Shown: positions 46,975-61,600 of the stretch, in pieces
How the letters are laid out: every line of letters begins with the position of its first letter
Numbering within the stretch: the stretch's first letter is position 1
Source of the DNA: Takakia lepidozioides
Lineage: Eukaryota; Plantae; Bryophyta
NCBI GenBank assembly: GCA_030704615.1
Contig: CM060733.1
Coordinates: forward strand, 11,160,001 to 11,224,000
Direction of reading: 5' to 3'
Length of the DNA: 64,000 nt
Position numbers and translations under genes: made by a program
Notes under the pieces: generated by a model
The model's input: only the letters and a program-made list of their open reading frames with translations
Told to the model about the DNA's origin: nothing
Database searches by the model: none

Positions 46975-47340
46975 GTATCCATTGCTACTCTGTAAAACAA
47001 GTCCTTGACAAATATGCTCTTGAACTTGGTGTGGTGGATCATAGAGTTCCTGACACCTCTGCTGCCTGACACCTCATACAACTTCTTATCATTTGTTCTC
47101 TCTGTTTGGTACAATTATGCTAGATGTCCCATTTTTTCATGCACCTGTTGTATTATTCCTTCCATTTCTCTCTTGTTTGGGACCATCAACCCTTTGTAAA
47201 GCAATTTTCCTTGACTCCATAGGTAGTTCTTGGTTCGTCTTTGAACCCTCTTTCCTTCTTCCTTTGTCAGATAGTCATTCATGACACCAAAAGTTAGATA
47301 GTGCATAGCCTGCACGTCATTTAGTATGTCAGGCTACTGT
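46975..47340 (-). mobile_element. Ty3/gypsy integrase zinc-binding region fragment
   Basis: RVQRRTKNYLW..LLYKGLMVP..IIQQVHEKMGHL. Confidence 0.7.
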
Positions 47341-47694
47341 TCTTATCTACTTGCCATTAGATGAGAGCTCCTATTCTGTCAGTTACCAACGCAATTCCAT
47401 CAATGATGAAGGTCAACGAAGGTGAACAAGAACATTTCAATCTGCCCAACGAACATGTTTGAAATTGAATAAAAGATCACATTCCAAAAAACGAAAAGTA
47501 CCTTATACAAGGACAGAAGAGGTACCTTCGTTCAACTTAGGTCCAACAAATATATATATTTTTGGACATTTCCGTAGCATACGATAATCCAAGCTAGAGA
47601 TTAAAACGGCTAAAAAACATGCAGAATTCTTCCACATTAGAAGTCCATATATCATATTGGTTTGTTTTTTTTTGCTTTTTTTGTTTTTTGGTCC

Positions 47695-47895
47695 CAACAT
47701 CCATTTATTTCGGTTTTACCTTTATGTTCTCCCGCTCAGCCTCCACCTTCGGCAGCCAAAGGTGCATGTCAGTACAATGTTGGTTTTTTTATTTTTTTTT
47801 ATTTTTTTTTCGACATCCATTTATTTCGTTTTTACCTTTATGTTCTCCTGCTCAGCCTCCATCTTCGGCAGCCAAAGGTGGCATGTCAGTACAAT
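47695..47895. repeat. Two-copy ~85-bp direct repeat
   Basis: ACATCCATTTATTTCG...GCATGTCAGTACAAT at ~47697 and ~47813. Confidence 0.9.
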
Positions 47896-48539
47896 CCCGT
47901 GTCATTTTTCATTATTGTTTCTCACAAATCCAAGCATACAATTACGGGCAGTCCGAGAAAAAATATTATATTGCCATGTGGCCGCCGTTTGCGCATCCAC
48001 GTCACACTGATGGCTGATAGCTGATAGAATAGCAAACCCCCCATTGGATCTTGCGAAAACATCTCTGCATTTACTTCACATTCTTCTGCCACAACATGTA
48101 ACAATTATAGTTGTATCTCCGTCGTTGTGGCTTCTGTCCATACATTCCTTCTGTCATTTGCTAAACTGCTTGGGTCTGAATTGCTCTCATGTCCAGCCCT
48201 AGTGCACTGTCAGAGCTATCTCTTCTTTCACCTTTGTGTGTTGTGTCATTGCTTGCAGAGTCTTGTTGCACCCCCCTTTGCTGGTGTTCCAGGAGATTAC
48301 CATCACTTTGTTCATCTGTCGGTGAATTTTTCCCTGAACTCTCCCCTTTGTTCATTTGCTCTTTCTCCTTGCATTTTTCTGCCCTAGTCTACACCATGTT
48401 GATACTCGATACCTGGGAATTCACAAAACTAGGTACCTTCTTCTTCAACCCATGTGAGTCTGATATTAATGTCCTCTTATCAGACCAATAGAGAGTAGGA
48501 AGAGAGGGCACGACAGAGAGCATTTTTCCAATGTGTTTC

Positions 48540-48719
48540 CAGCCTCATGACGATTGGTTTGTTTGACTTTTGTAGGTCAATTTCATCCATGACCGACCAT
48601 ACTGTACTCATTGTATTCACTTGGTTTGCACGACTTAAAAGTCATTGCAGTCATATGTACGGTTTATGACTATGGGATAGTCATATATACAGTCATATAT
48701 ACCGCGATTTGTTGTAGTG
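48540..48719. mobile_element. CACTA-type right terminus
   Basis: Ends ...CCGCGATTTGTTGTAGTG (reverse complement CACTACAACAAATC), preceded by ATGAC/GTCAT subterminal motifs. Confidence 0.6.
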
Positions 48720-49795
48720 GATAGTCGTGGTTGGTTTAGAGATTCCGTCACATAGCCAATAGGCTCATCTCTCATCTGTGGTTCATACGCAGCCTCCACT
48801 ATGTTCCCATGATTGTAACGCCTGGCCACTTAGAGGCACATCGTACAATTTGTTGAGGGTCTTTGGCCATTTGCGGGCCAACTAATCAAGGGTCTTCAAG
48901 CCTTTGCGCCCACCAAGACTAAGATACCTCAGCTTTCTAGTGTCCGTACCCCCAAACCACAAGGGGTATGTTCCAAAGTATATTCAACGTACTCATATAA
49001 TTTTCTATTTTTGTGTACCCATATCCTTGTGGGATAATGTATGTATAAGATCAACTTATGTATTCCTATACCTCTAGAAATATACTTAGACACCTTTATA
49101 TGAGATAATGCGTTGAACAAAGAGTCAGGGTAAGGGGCTTGTTCAACTATACTGTTCCATTAAATAATATAGCTATCGTTCATGACCGGTTTTCAATTTT
49201 TTTTGGGGCCCTGCGGTCAAAGCCCGCTAAGTAGTAAGTAAAGTACTTACAAATAGATGCTAAGGAGGAGGGCCTTCACCTCCCTTGAGGGCAGTGGGCC
49301 TGACCCTGTCAAGCGACGGTGTTACTTTTAGAAGTGATGGACTTATTGAAAGTTCGTAGCTTCTGTTATAGTCCATAAAATGTAGTGTTATGGACTCATT
49401 ATTTCCTAGATTTTTCAACATAATTGGAATAAGGGACTTAAGCCTCCATTGCTCTTATGATGGAGAAGCTAGAATGAGAGTTTTTAAACATTTTCATTCT
49501 TTAAATTGAGTTTTATATACTTTATCGAATTACTAATAACACTCAATTTTTCATAAAGTCCTTTACAATATGAAAACCAAAGTACTCCATGAACTGTCTT
49601 CATTAACTACAATTATTTAGTGTAGATGAATGGTGGGCCAAGGTTAAATTTGTAAAAAGATGTATTTTTATGATTATATAGTCAATTTGGGATCACGCTA
49701 TCAATGGCACGTGGCGGCATATATCATCGATAACATCTTTCCCTCTCCTATTTGAAATGACAATATCTCACCAATAGATGTTCCACATGATATAA

Positions 49796-52700
49796 TGCAA
49801 GTGAATCCATGATTTTTATTTTTTTATCTTATATACTTTTATGTAGGCTACATCTTCAACTTTTTGGTCCACTCTTCATTGCAACTATCCTAGGAAAGTT
49901 GATATCCGTGGTAGCGTACGAAAGATGCCAGCTGCATGTCTTCTTGAAGTAGGATACGAATCAGCGTTTTTTGTTTTTTGTTTTGTTTTTTCTAGAAAAC
50001 AGCAGGAAATAGCCGTATATTCTGTTCATTCATTGAAATTTGGATAGGGTCATCCTCATACATACTTTCATCCATTGGTATCATCCACATTGCACAAATT
50101 CATCCATTTCTTGTTTTTTATTTGGAAAAGTTTGGCGATTAATTCATCCTTGAAATAACAGCATTTGTGACAAAACAATTTATTTATGTATTCTTTGTTT
50201 TGATGTGGATTAGTATATTTTTTTGTATTTTTAGATCAATAAATTTAGATTTTTAGAAGGTTGTTGATCTATGTGAACATCAAAGTCCTCCACCGGCAAC
50301 TTTACTACCAACTACTACAACCTGATCTCAAATATATATATGTCTGATACACTGGATGGTTACTGCTGGCATTGACGTGACTGTGGAAATATTGCCTTAA
50401 TTATGTTCCTTACGAGTTTGACTTACTAATTTTCGGGAATGGCAGACTCTATTTTGTTTGCTCCGGAAGCACCTATAGCGCTGCGACTTCTTCAAAGTAG
50501 GTTTCTTCAAAAGATGTCTTCCAAGGGACCAGGTCTTGAAATATGTTTTGCAGATTCTTAGTATAACGGTAAGCTTAATTTTGAATGCTAATGTACAATT
50601 CTTTACAAGATTACAAATTCATTTCAAGATCATCGAGCATGTTTGAAGGCTCTATGGGAGTGGTGCTGCTAGTCAACATCCGAGGTGAACCATTTATGAC
50701 GGATAGAAAAGTTGATCTTAAATTTTTTGTGGCATTTGATTCTTGGCGGACATGTAGAGCCTCATGTTACAACTCGCGAGCAAATCACACCGCGTGAACT
50801 CTGTGAACCGGAAAGAGCTACTTCAGTTGATTCTTTAAATAACTTCTCTGGGAAGTTCAACCTTGACATCGAAATTGTTCTTCAAACGCACAAATTTTGG
50901 TGCAGCTGAGCAGCCATTTGCCATAGAAACTCAGCCTCCTAAGACCAAGTTGACTCTCCCAAGAATCTTGTAAACACCAAGAAAAATATCAAACCATGAT
51001 ACAGGATCAAGAGCCCACATTTGCAAGATGGACAAGTTGTCTTCTACTCCAAAGCACTGCCCCTTTCGCCTCGCCGTATTCTCATCAACCCGCGACCAAA
51101 CATAGTCACTCCACCATTATCCACCAACTCTCAAAATCTACAAAACCCTAGTTATGTTGCGGTGAGTGACAACATACTCTTCTATGCTTGAGAAAAGCTA
51201 GCTCAACCATCTTCAAAGATCACACACACAATACAGACCACACATTTTAGGACTTAGCTCCTACACATAATCACGCAAGCTCGCACATGTAGGACTTCGC
51301 TAAACTAAAGACGAAGAGATTGAGTCAAAAAGTGTCCATGACTGTATATCTCACGTAGGTACCACGCATTTTTCAGCCACTCATATTGTGCCACGTGTAT
51401 AGGTGAGTTATGTTCCCTAGCTATAGTGAAAGATTTTACTAATCAGTCAATTATATGCTTCTAAGCCAAAATTTCAAATTATTGTAATTGATGCGGAATT
51501 AACATTTATTGTTTAAAAATTAGAAATTTATATGGTCAAATTTTGTAGGTTTGGTCATATGAAACCTCTTTGACGTAGTTTTCTGGGGAATAGCCAGAGG
51601 GCTCACAATTATGTAGACCCATCCACACATGGTTTTCATTTTTGGCCTTCTACCCAAAATCTATGGATTTTCCCAAAGTAAATTGGTTTCTTCCTTGATA
51701 TATTGTCACTTCAAATGTATGAACTGCTTAAGTATTATTTAAGCCATAGATGGTCTTCAGTTGAAAATATTCAAATGTTCATATACATTTGAATTGTTGT
51801 ACACATTGCTTTGAAACATTTGCCACTACAATTAGCTATTGAAATATCATACATATCAGTTCCAGCGTAATTATTACGTAGTGAGTTTAGTGTCTTGTCA
51901 ACAATTCTTAACTATATAGTGAAAATGATAGTGAAATGTGTCAATAGTGAAAATGACAGTGAAACCTCGCTGGTTGGAAATCCCATGGGGTGTTATAGTG
52001 TTCGCTTTCCGCTCACTCGATCAAGACCTTGATTCGACAACTTACAAATCACGGTTGTAAGGTCTGTGGGAGTATTCCACTTTTCTATCCACGAGACAGC
52101 AATGTTGCCGATGGGAAGCTGACTGTCAACGCATAGCATTGGCAATATTGTTGTCCTCTGGATAAAAAAATGGAATACTCCCACAGGTCTCGCAACCTAC
52201 AAGTTGTTGAATCAAGCTCTTGCTCAAGTAGCCAGGGGCGCCACCGGAATTTTGACAAAATACACAAAAGTTTTGTCCTTAAAAAAACCCGCAAACAATC
52301 TGTTCTTCATTGTTGTAAAAGCGATTGGGGTCGATATGATCATTGATGACGGTCACCAACGTTTGTAGTAGTAGTCCATAGTGCCACATTTTTCAGCAAT
52401 ACATGCTGTCGTGACAGTTGATGCCGAGTGCTGCAACACCACCTTAAGGCTATGAGAATGAGAACGGTGAGCACAATTGATGAATGTAGTGCCATGATTT
52501 AAATGCAATGGTAGGACGAGGAAATATTATGAGGAGGTTGCTTGTGTTTGCTTGGTTGCGAGACATATATATACTTGAGATCAGGTTGTAGTAGTTGGTA
52601 GTAAAGTTGTCAGTGGACGACTTTGATGTCCGCATAAATCAACAACCTTCTGAAAATCTAAATTTATTGATCTAAAAATACAAAAAAATAATCGAATCCA

Positions 52701-52875
52701 CAATAAAACAAAGAATATGTAATTAAAATGTTTTGTCCCAAATGTTGTTATTTCAAGGGTGGGGTAGTTGCAACGAAGAGTGGACCAAAAAGTTGAAGAT
52801 GTGGCCTACATAACAGTACATAAGATAAAAATAAATAAAAATCGTAAAAAATAACTAAAAAATGGATTCACTTGC
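49796..52875. mobile_element. Long inverted-repeat (foldback/Mutator-like) structure
   Basis: 49796-49890 plus 50147-50344 are the diverged reverse complement of 52562-52875. The left arm carries an extra ~255 bp. Confidence 0.65.
52021..52222. repeat. ~200-bp imperfect hairpin (MITE or miRNA-precursor-like)
   Basis: CTGTGGGAGTATTCCA pairs with TGGAATACTCCCACAG; arms of ~90 nt and a ~25-nt loop. Confidence 0.8.
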
Positions 52876-52899
52876 ACTTGCACTTATTAGGATACTGTC

Positions 52900-53196
52900 A
52901 TTTCAAATGGGAAAAAGAAAGATGTTACGGACATTAAGACTTTGACAGCCAAGATCCCTGAGTACATGAAGATCGTTGAAATAGCTATAGCACAAGTTAT
53001 AGGCATTGTGGAAGACCAGCGCACATTTAGCACTCTTGCTTTTGTCAAGTCAAAGCTCAGGAATCGGTTAACAAAGCATTTGCCACTTGTAGTGCGCATG
53101 TTTGCAGAGAAGTTCTTTACCATTGACATTTTCTCTTTCGGAGAATGTATTGTGCAATGGAAATATGCCAAGAATTACTATGCTTTCAGTACATAG
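52900..53196 (+). pseudogene. hAT-type transposase C-terminal (dimerisation) fragment
   Basis: IAIAQVIGIVEDQRTFSTLAFVKSKLRNRLTKHL. Confidence 0.8.
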
Positions 53197-54765
53197 GGGC
53201 TGCCACAAAGAGTAATGACAACCTGGCAGAAATGTTTATTTTTGCTCTCATATTTCAAATTATATTCTTTTTTTCTTTGGGCATGGTCGTTCTTGTTCTA
53301 TTGCAGGTGAAGATCAACATTATTATTTGGAGTCTAGCAGGCAGGAGCTGGATTTTATTTGGTTCATTGCGTTTGTGATTTTGTGTGTATGTGTAGGTTG
53401 GGTTGGGTTGGGTTGTGGGTGCAGGTCACTCATGTCCGATTGGCCGAAGTCCTTACGGACTCGGTTCAAATCCCCCGTGAATGTATGTTATTGTTCATGT
53501 TATTTGGTGTGCTCTGATTGTATTCTGGTTTCTGAAATTGACTTGGACACGTAAGCTTGAGTGTGTATTATTTCTTTGGGTGGGGTCTGCATGATTCATG
53601 AATGAATGTACTCTGCCTCACACTAGCACAATTTCGCCAGTATGATTATAACAACCATATGACTCACATCGCCAAAACTGCTATAGGAAAAATTGAATAA
53701 TAGCCGAGATAATTCGACACAAGACAATTCACAATCGGCTTCTTCACTTACACAAGAGCAGTAAAAATCGCCTTCATTTTCAATGATCAGTCCTGCCTTA
53801 TAGCCACAACTGCCCAATTCACTGCTCAGTTCAGTTTGTTGCCAGTAGAGCAACATGCATAAGACCAAACAGACATCCTACTGACTCCTTCATCCCCTTG
53901 GCTGTGGAGAGATTTGGTTGTCTCTATCGCCAGTTTGACGACCTACTCCGTTCATGTGCTCATCAAGCGGCTCAAAACAAGACCACAGGCATTCCATATG
54001 CCTCTGCTCTTGTGGCTATTTACGGAAAAAAAATAAAAATAAAAATAATGTTGTTACAGTATAGAGAGCTCAGGCAATGGCCATTTTACATCGGGCAGAT
54101 GTAGCTGGATCGGTTTCATCCCACCTCCCAACTCTCCCGGACGTTACACTATGGCGTCCTCCGACCTACTTCAGGCACTAGGTTGGGATGATTGATCAAC
54201 TTGAATAGCTTAGTTTAGCTTGCTTCTCCTCCCTTCTTTGCTTCCAGGTTTTGGGGTTTTTTTTATCCTATGTTCAAATACCTCATGTTTTCTATAAATA
54301 AAGTTGCATAGGATTTCATCATCCTCAATGTTTGTGGGGTAGCATTAAGTTAATCGGGCAACGGTTAAAAACAAATGAACGAGTTGAGGGCATCATATGA
54401 GGGCATGGATGACGCATGGCCGATAGGTTCACTATGCATGCTTCCAGAATAACCACAGAAGCAAATGTCTGTTGTGAAGGCCTCAACGCAGAGGTGACAA
54501 AGAGAATGGCGCCCTTGATTAAATTAAGGCCACAGCCAGGCAAAAAGGCACGCAGAGGGGACATTGAATCGAGAGAAAAAGAAACTCAAGGAAGTGGCAA
54601 AGAAATAGGGGAGGGACAAAGAAACCATTAAAGCAGGAAAAAAAACAACAAATGGAGAAAGAGAGCATAATAATAATATTATTATTATTATTATCCTATT
54701 CCTAATAGGAAGACAATAGGAATAATGTAAGAACTTAATGGATACGTGTGATCTGATAGTACTTT

Positions 54766-55245
54766 CGCCGGTTCCGGCGGGCCCCCTGTCAAATGCTCCC
54801 CACCCCCTCTTACCTCGGTTTCACTATCAAATACTTAAGAATCCAAGTGGGTTGCAAGCTGTGGTGGGTAGCATGGTCGTAAGGTGGTAGTGTTGTAGGT
54901 GGCGAGGTTCAGGGATTGATTCTTGATGGAAGGCGCTTGTAGTGTAACCCTGGTCGGTGTAACCCCGGTAGTGTAACCCTCCAATCGGAGTCACCCTCTG
55001 TAACCCCGGTTTCTCGTGTAACTCTGGTAAGTCCATTTTATACTTAACCAAATTTGGACTTAGTCAAATTTTGAGACCAAGTGTGAGTTACACCAAGAGG
55101 AGTTACACTCCATTCTGTGTAACCCCGATTGGAGTTACACACCTCGTCGTGTACCCAGTGTAACCCCGACTCGAGTTTACACTCTTTCAGTTCCATGTCA
55201 CTCTCAAGAGCGGGTGGGGAAGATATGACATGTCGGAAACCGGCG
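54766..55245. mobile_element. MITE-like element with imperfect TIRs and internal GTGTAACC/GTTACAC repeats
   Basis: CGCCGGTTCCG..TGTCA..CCCCACCC.CTCTT versus AAGAG.GGGTGGGG..TGACA..CGGAAACCGGCG. Confidence 0.65.
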
Positions 55246-58200
55246 CACCATCCTGTTCAGAGGTTGCACGTGTGCATTAAGTTCTTACATTATTCCTATT
55301 ATCTTTTATAATAATATATGATGCCTCCCCGAAGGAAGTGTAAATTATGGTGTCTCTTGATCCCAAAAGATTATTGCCTTCCGGCGGAAAGGTGGACACA
55401 TTTGTGACACCAATCGGGTGGATTGAACCCACAACCACTTCTAAGGTGGATTTGCCCATTACCACTGGCAAACTTGGAGAAAACAAGCGTCAAATGGCAA
55501 TTGGCTCTCTTGCTTTGATTTGGCACAACATAAAAGGAAGGTAAGACTAGGGAGCATGACTCAGCACAACACACCAATTAGCGCCTTGACATGGTGTAAG
55601 GTGACCACATTTTCTCCATTCACTTGCATGTCTTCGCTAAGTCTCTCTCTCCAAGAGAGCCAACAAATGATTGGAACTGGCCAATCCTATGTCAATCCCA
55701 ACTACTTGTCAAAAATGGAGGACTACTTATATGCATCTACAATTTCAATAGTGGTTGTGGGTTGAAAACCACATATGTGTTGTATGTAATACAAGTGTCC
55801 ACCTTCCCATAAGTGGTGCTCAAAGTGATACCATAAGTTACAGAGTCAATAGTTTTTACTTATTTTTCCCACACCCTCGCAGGATTTTTGGAGGCCCATA
55901 TCATCTAGGTGGCACACCGTGAAAGGGACATCCAGAAATATTAGATACAGTATATTCGTATATTCCCTCATCGCCATGGCTAGTTGGGCAGATCTTACTT
56001 CTGCTCGAGCGACATCATTTTTCTTGAGCTACCGCGACTTATGTATCTTATTTCCATGGCTTCTCACTGAACCTTGAAGCTTTTGCAGTTCCACCGAAAA
56101 CAGTATTGCTTCAACTCTCTCCTCGCGAGTAGTTTATGGTACTAACTAGCTACTAACCTCAAAGCTTGCTTACGTGAACCTGAAAACACTCCGTCGCCCG
56201 AGGGTTTAGGGGTATCAATCGGAACGAGCTTTTTGCGACTGATGTGAATCCTGTTGAGAGACCCTCGGCCGGTCAGAGATACTGCTGTGTTCCAGGCTAT
56301 TGTTGATCAGAAATCTTACTGCTAATTTTGAGGAATGCAATCTGTGACTTTCAGCGACTTCAAATCGACTATGACAGCTGATCAATTCGCAGTTCCACCG
56401 CTTGTGTTGGACTGTCTTTTCTTTGCAGCTCCTCACTGGACTCAACTGTGAGTGAACTCCTTCCATTCTTGCAGTTTTGGTAAGTGTAAACTTAAAACGT
56501 CTTTGTTAAGGATATGGAACCCGTCAAATGCTTGGCAGCAGTTTCATCCTTCACCTTCACCGTCACTTAGTTGCGACGAACGTTATGTTTTCCCAAGGAG
56601 AGGTCATCCTTCAAACTCATGTGTAACAGGAGGAGTAGAAGTGATCCTTGTGCCAGGATTGTCACCCTTGAAAGAGGGCTCTTCCAACCCACATTAACAA
56701 CTAACTTTCTTCATACTTCATTGCATTTGGTGTAGTCTGGAGTGAGGGCAAGCGAGCGTAACAGGCTGCCTGTTGTCGCCATGCTTTATATGCAGCCTCA
56801 GGATCTGCGATCTGAAGTTAGAGATCACTGTAGGCACTTGGTGGCCGGCTGTCCAGATATAAATCCAGCAAACTTTGTGCAATCCTCTAATAAGAACTCT
56901 AACTAGTGATAATTGTTAACGTCCAACGATTTGAAGAACATAGAGCTCCACGTTGCACTGGCCTTTGAGGGGCCAAAGGGAATGGCTTCCGATCGATACT
57001 GACCTGCTGCTTCATTACAAGAAGATCACACTGCTAATCTAAGATCGTTGGGAACGGCTACTACGTACACATTCTCCACGAATGTGAAGCCACTTTTAGG
57101 GTAAAAGAATGTCAGGTAACCGACGATGTGTGATGGAGTTGCATCACTCATTACTGCCGCAATGTTAACAATCAAATCTGATCAGAACTGGATCTCTTAC
57201 TATCATCATGCACAGCTTGCGCAAGGCTTTCGGAATCTATTTTCATTTGGCAAAGAACTCAAAGAAGCGTACCTGTAATAACGTCTTAATAATGTAGTAG
57301 GGCCTTCATGCACGGCCGGCACCTTCCACACTTCAAAACCTTTAGGTGTCCTATCCTTGCGGGATTGGGACGCCAGTAACTCTGTGGGCTCCATACGATT
57401 ACAAAGCTTTGTCACGAATCTCTCGTTTCTTGAAGCTTGAGAGGCAGCAAAGGTCCACTCATAGTTTCCGTAATACTTACTCGGATGATAGCAGTCGTAC
57501 ATAGTCTTAGAAACAAACAGCGAAACTAACTACAAAGCACCATGTACATAGGGAAGAAATGGCTCACACGGAACACACAAACAACTCTCTTCACAAAACT
57601 CTCTTCACAAAACATACCTTCGCTTGAAGTCTGTCAGACTCTATACTGCCTAACACCATACAAACCCTTTTTTCAGTAGTTTTATTTCATTTTGCTCCCA
57701 GCAACAGGAAGTTAAATCAACAACACAAATTACGAGGGTGCAGTTCAGCAAATTGAAGGAAGCTGGGCCTCGAGGTCCTCGGGCTAGTCCACCCTACCCA
57801 GATTGTAGTCCATAGACCCAAGGATTCCTGTAATGTACAAGACTCGCATGTACCAGACATCCCTGGTACAATAGCACCACCTCATTAAGCATCTACCAAT
57901 ACCCACTCCCAGAAAATTGCACATGGCTGAATCTCTTTCCCCATATCACACTGGCAGTCAACTACCTCATGATGGAAGGCTCCACATCACTACGCCTGAT
58001 GCTACCCTTTTTTTTCCTAATTCATAAAACAGCAAGACATTCTCTCGAGCGAAGTTGCTCTTCAATAATTCATGACAACAAGGGGGCAAGAACACGCCTA
58101 GAGTTATACACATGCCTATAGCCAAAGAAATGAAAGAGTCTATTTGAATTCATCCTAGACCTGCTCAATTAAGTACGGCCACCAAACCTCAGGCCAGTAA

Positions 58201-58633
58201 ATGTTCACCTCGCCACTGGCAATTTGTCCAGGATTCATGTCGGTTGCGCACAATTTCTATTAAAGGCACCAAAACTGACACAAAATTGGTGACTGTCTTC
58301 TATATACCATTTCATCGAAGTAGACACTTCCTCCCTCCTCTTGCTAGTCAGTCTAATGAGAATATCCCCGGGGGCATGCACTCCACTGTAGTCTTGCTTG
58401 CAATGTTGCTCATCTGAAACCATGATGGCTTGGTGTGTTGTGCCTCCCACACCATGTCCAAGCCCAAAACCCAGCCAGGTTACCATTTCTCCAAGAGCGG
58501 AGAAGAACTACATCCAGGTGATAGGTTCAAACTGATGGACACAACTCCCCCATCGTCTCTGTGAAACTCCACATATCACAACTTTCATCTGTATAACATA
58601 CTTCATAACCATTACAATCCAATTGTTACTCAG

Positions 58634-61600
58634 TCAACGAACCTTCCGTTTCCGACTTCTCCAGGTATCCTGCATTCAACCCAGATAGGCTGTTAACTTG
58701 CCTGAAATCCTCTCCTTCCCTCGTGATCTCCAGTAATGGGGTCCACTGCTAGAACTCTACAGTCAGCAGACTAACACTATCAGGTCATAGTATGGTACGG
58801 GTTACATCCTGCCACGCAGCAATGCAACAGCAAGCCCCTCTCTGTCCCAAGGACCAATGGCCTTCAACTGCATCTTCTTTCTGTCACTCTTATGGAAGCA
58901 TACCAAACAAAGTTTTTACGCCAACCAAATATCTGCACAAAAAATGCTGATTCCAAGTCCTATCTAACTGGCAAAATTGACTGGCTACAGGTGCTGGCAC
59001 TGACCAAGGGCTCATCATCATCTTCTTTTGTGGCTGCAACTGGAGATGTGCTCCTTGCCTTAGATGGTTGGTCTGCTGAGTGAATGGGACCATCATTTAC
59101 CCAATCAGCTACATGGGGTTTCCTTAAGTCTCTGCCAATCCTAACTTTACTGACCTTCCCATTCGAACCTGTTCCAATCACACAAGAACAGCATTAATTA
59201 AAGGACTTGCTTTGTGTGTAGATAAATTAAGGGAAAAAAGCATTCAGACTGGTCAATATGTTGTTAGTTGCAAAACCAAGGCCCTACTCACCCCTTTGAG
59301 ATAAGGAACTCTGGCCTTGCTTCCCTCCACCCTTGTCAACAGTAGGTAAGTCGAAGTCTTCATCACTATACTCAAAAGGACTTGCTGTGCTCTTTGCACT
59401 AGCTGCAGCACTTTTAACCGGGGTAGCCCCTTTCCCTGTCCCGTGGGAAGCGCCTTCCTTCCCTGCTTTTGCTGAAGAGGGCCCTTTCCTAATGTCAACC
59501 CAAGCATCAGCAGTGAGGGCATTGTTTGTGCTCGTGACCTTATGAATCTACTAACAGCTGGATGGAACAAGATCCTCTTAATTGAGCACCCTGGCCAGAC
59601 CACATAACAATGTGGAAGAGGGCAGCTGCTTAAACAATGACAATGACAATGACAACTTGGATCCATTAAGCTTGACAATACAAGACATAAACACTTCTCA
59701 GAGAAAATGACACGACTATGTAGCAGTGCTTGAGAAAAGCTTATAAGAAAAAACCATGGGCACATAGAAGAAGCGCATACGATTCATCAGATGGTCCAGG
59801 CATATCATCTTGGGTTGCTGATGCCTTACTTCCAGCCATACGCTTCTTGTTTTCCACACTGACAAGAAGTAACAGATGTGGTAAATCAACGCGCCAAATA
59901 AGCCCCCATGAGAAAGCATGCCAAGTCACATTTGACACATAATCAATGTCAAGCCAGGAATTGAGCACCGAGTATGCATGCTCGCAGGATTATGTTACTC
60001 CCCTTCAAGTAAAACTTCCATTTCCTTGGCGAGCCCTCCGAGTTTAAGTCTGCCTCCGGTAGCTAGCTTGATCATTTAAAAGTAAGGACCAACATAATGA
60101 AGCACAACCCCAATTAGAAGTGCTTCCCATTTCATTATACTAGACTCCTTTTTGGAACAAATTCAGAGACCATAAACAAGCATGTCTCAATGACCCCAAT
60201 AGGTCAAATACCAGACCCCAACTCCATGCAAAACATGGACTGCAACAAAAGGTGATCTTCAATAGAGTTTTACACAAACCCTGATGAGAACAGAAACAAA
60301 ACGAAGCTTAGAAGTAGTTTAGCACCTCATAGCGTAGATAATAAGTACATAACATGACAAACCAGTATATCCAATCGATAGATCTGATCCACACATAAGT
60401 CCTAAATGTCAAAAGGTCGAAGGAACCTACATATCAGACGGAGATGCTGTAGGTGTTGCAGGTGTAGTCGACACAGCCTGTAAAAAGGGAGACACCCCCA
60501 GGAAACTTCTTGTAATAATGCATGTGACTTTAAAAACACAGGCTCTTTCATCCTCTATGGAGCAACATACATACATACATACATACATACCATAATTAGT
60601 AAACCTAATGTAGTATCAGTCCTAAGCACACCTAACAAAAATAGATAATAACCCCAAAGTTGTACCTTTCTTGGAACTTTATTCTTGCTTACTGATTCCC
60701 ACCGCTCCTTGACCAGATTGAGTTTTTCCCTTTCTCCATCATCATAGAGTACCTTGAGAACCAAGCGATCAAATCAGCAAGATTGAGGGAAGAGGGAAAG
60801 CTCAAACAGTCATGGACCAAAGCATGATTGGGCTCAGAGACTGAACAAACAGAGAGATTCCTAAACTCAAACAAATCATTTTCTTTCACCAAGGATATTT
60901 GAAGCTTGCTAGATCACGTAGTCTTTGGATTTCCAAGATGAGAAGGGTTGACTTTTCTAGATAGGACATCCATGCAAAAACCTAGGATAGTGGAAGGAAA
61001 ATTGTCGCCTCATCACCTACTGATGGTACAAGTAGCTCCAGATACTTGGGGAAGAATCAATATAACGTAAGCCCTAGACTATTCGCAAACACAAAATAGT
61101 CCAGGATTAAACTATCTGGAAAAAAATGTGACCGTGAGGTCACCCATTGCTTAAGCTCCCATGAAATCAGTGCAACTGGTCTGACATGTACCAGTTGGGG
61201 AAAGCCAGAAGGCAGTAAGTAGAGACAACAGTAGTAGGGGCTGACCAGGCATAAAGAGGGGTGATTCCAGATAAGTAACTTGAAATCTGTAAATGACACT
61301 ACACGAATTATACCTGATGCTTTTTCTTTTTAGAGTCGTAAGCCACAATCTCTCCCAGGTAGAACCTGAAAGCACAGCCCAACAACAAGAGAATTTGTAA
61401 GCTTAAAGTCACTACCAACCTAACAAGGAAAGATCATAAAAGTGCGCCAATAGGAAGGAGGAAACACAAACAACCACATTCCATTATACTGCCATCTCCC
61501 AGGTGGGTGCCAGAGGCCAGACCACAACTGATCTGTTTCAGCTTCTCTAACAAGTGCATGTGTTACCAAAGCTTGCGTTACCAATATATATACATATATG

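Noticed and set aside
12462-48719. One giant CACTA element spanning both CACTA termini
   Set aside because: The TIRs differ (CACTAGTACAAAA versus CACTACAACAAAT) and the flanking trinucleotides (GTG versus GAT) do not match.
53435-53480. tRNA gene suggested by a GGTTCAAATCC B-box
   Set aside because: No cloverleaf or acceptor stem; at most a SINE remnant.
55900-58500. Possible gene downstream of PDS5 (telo-box-like motif near 56200, short ORFs)
   Set aside because: No recognisable protein motifs or consistent exon chain; may be UTR or lncRNA.
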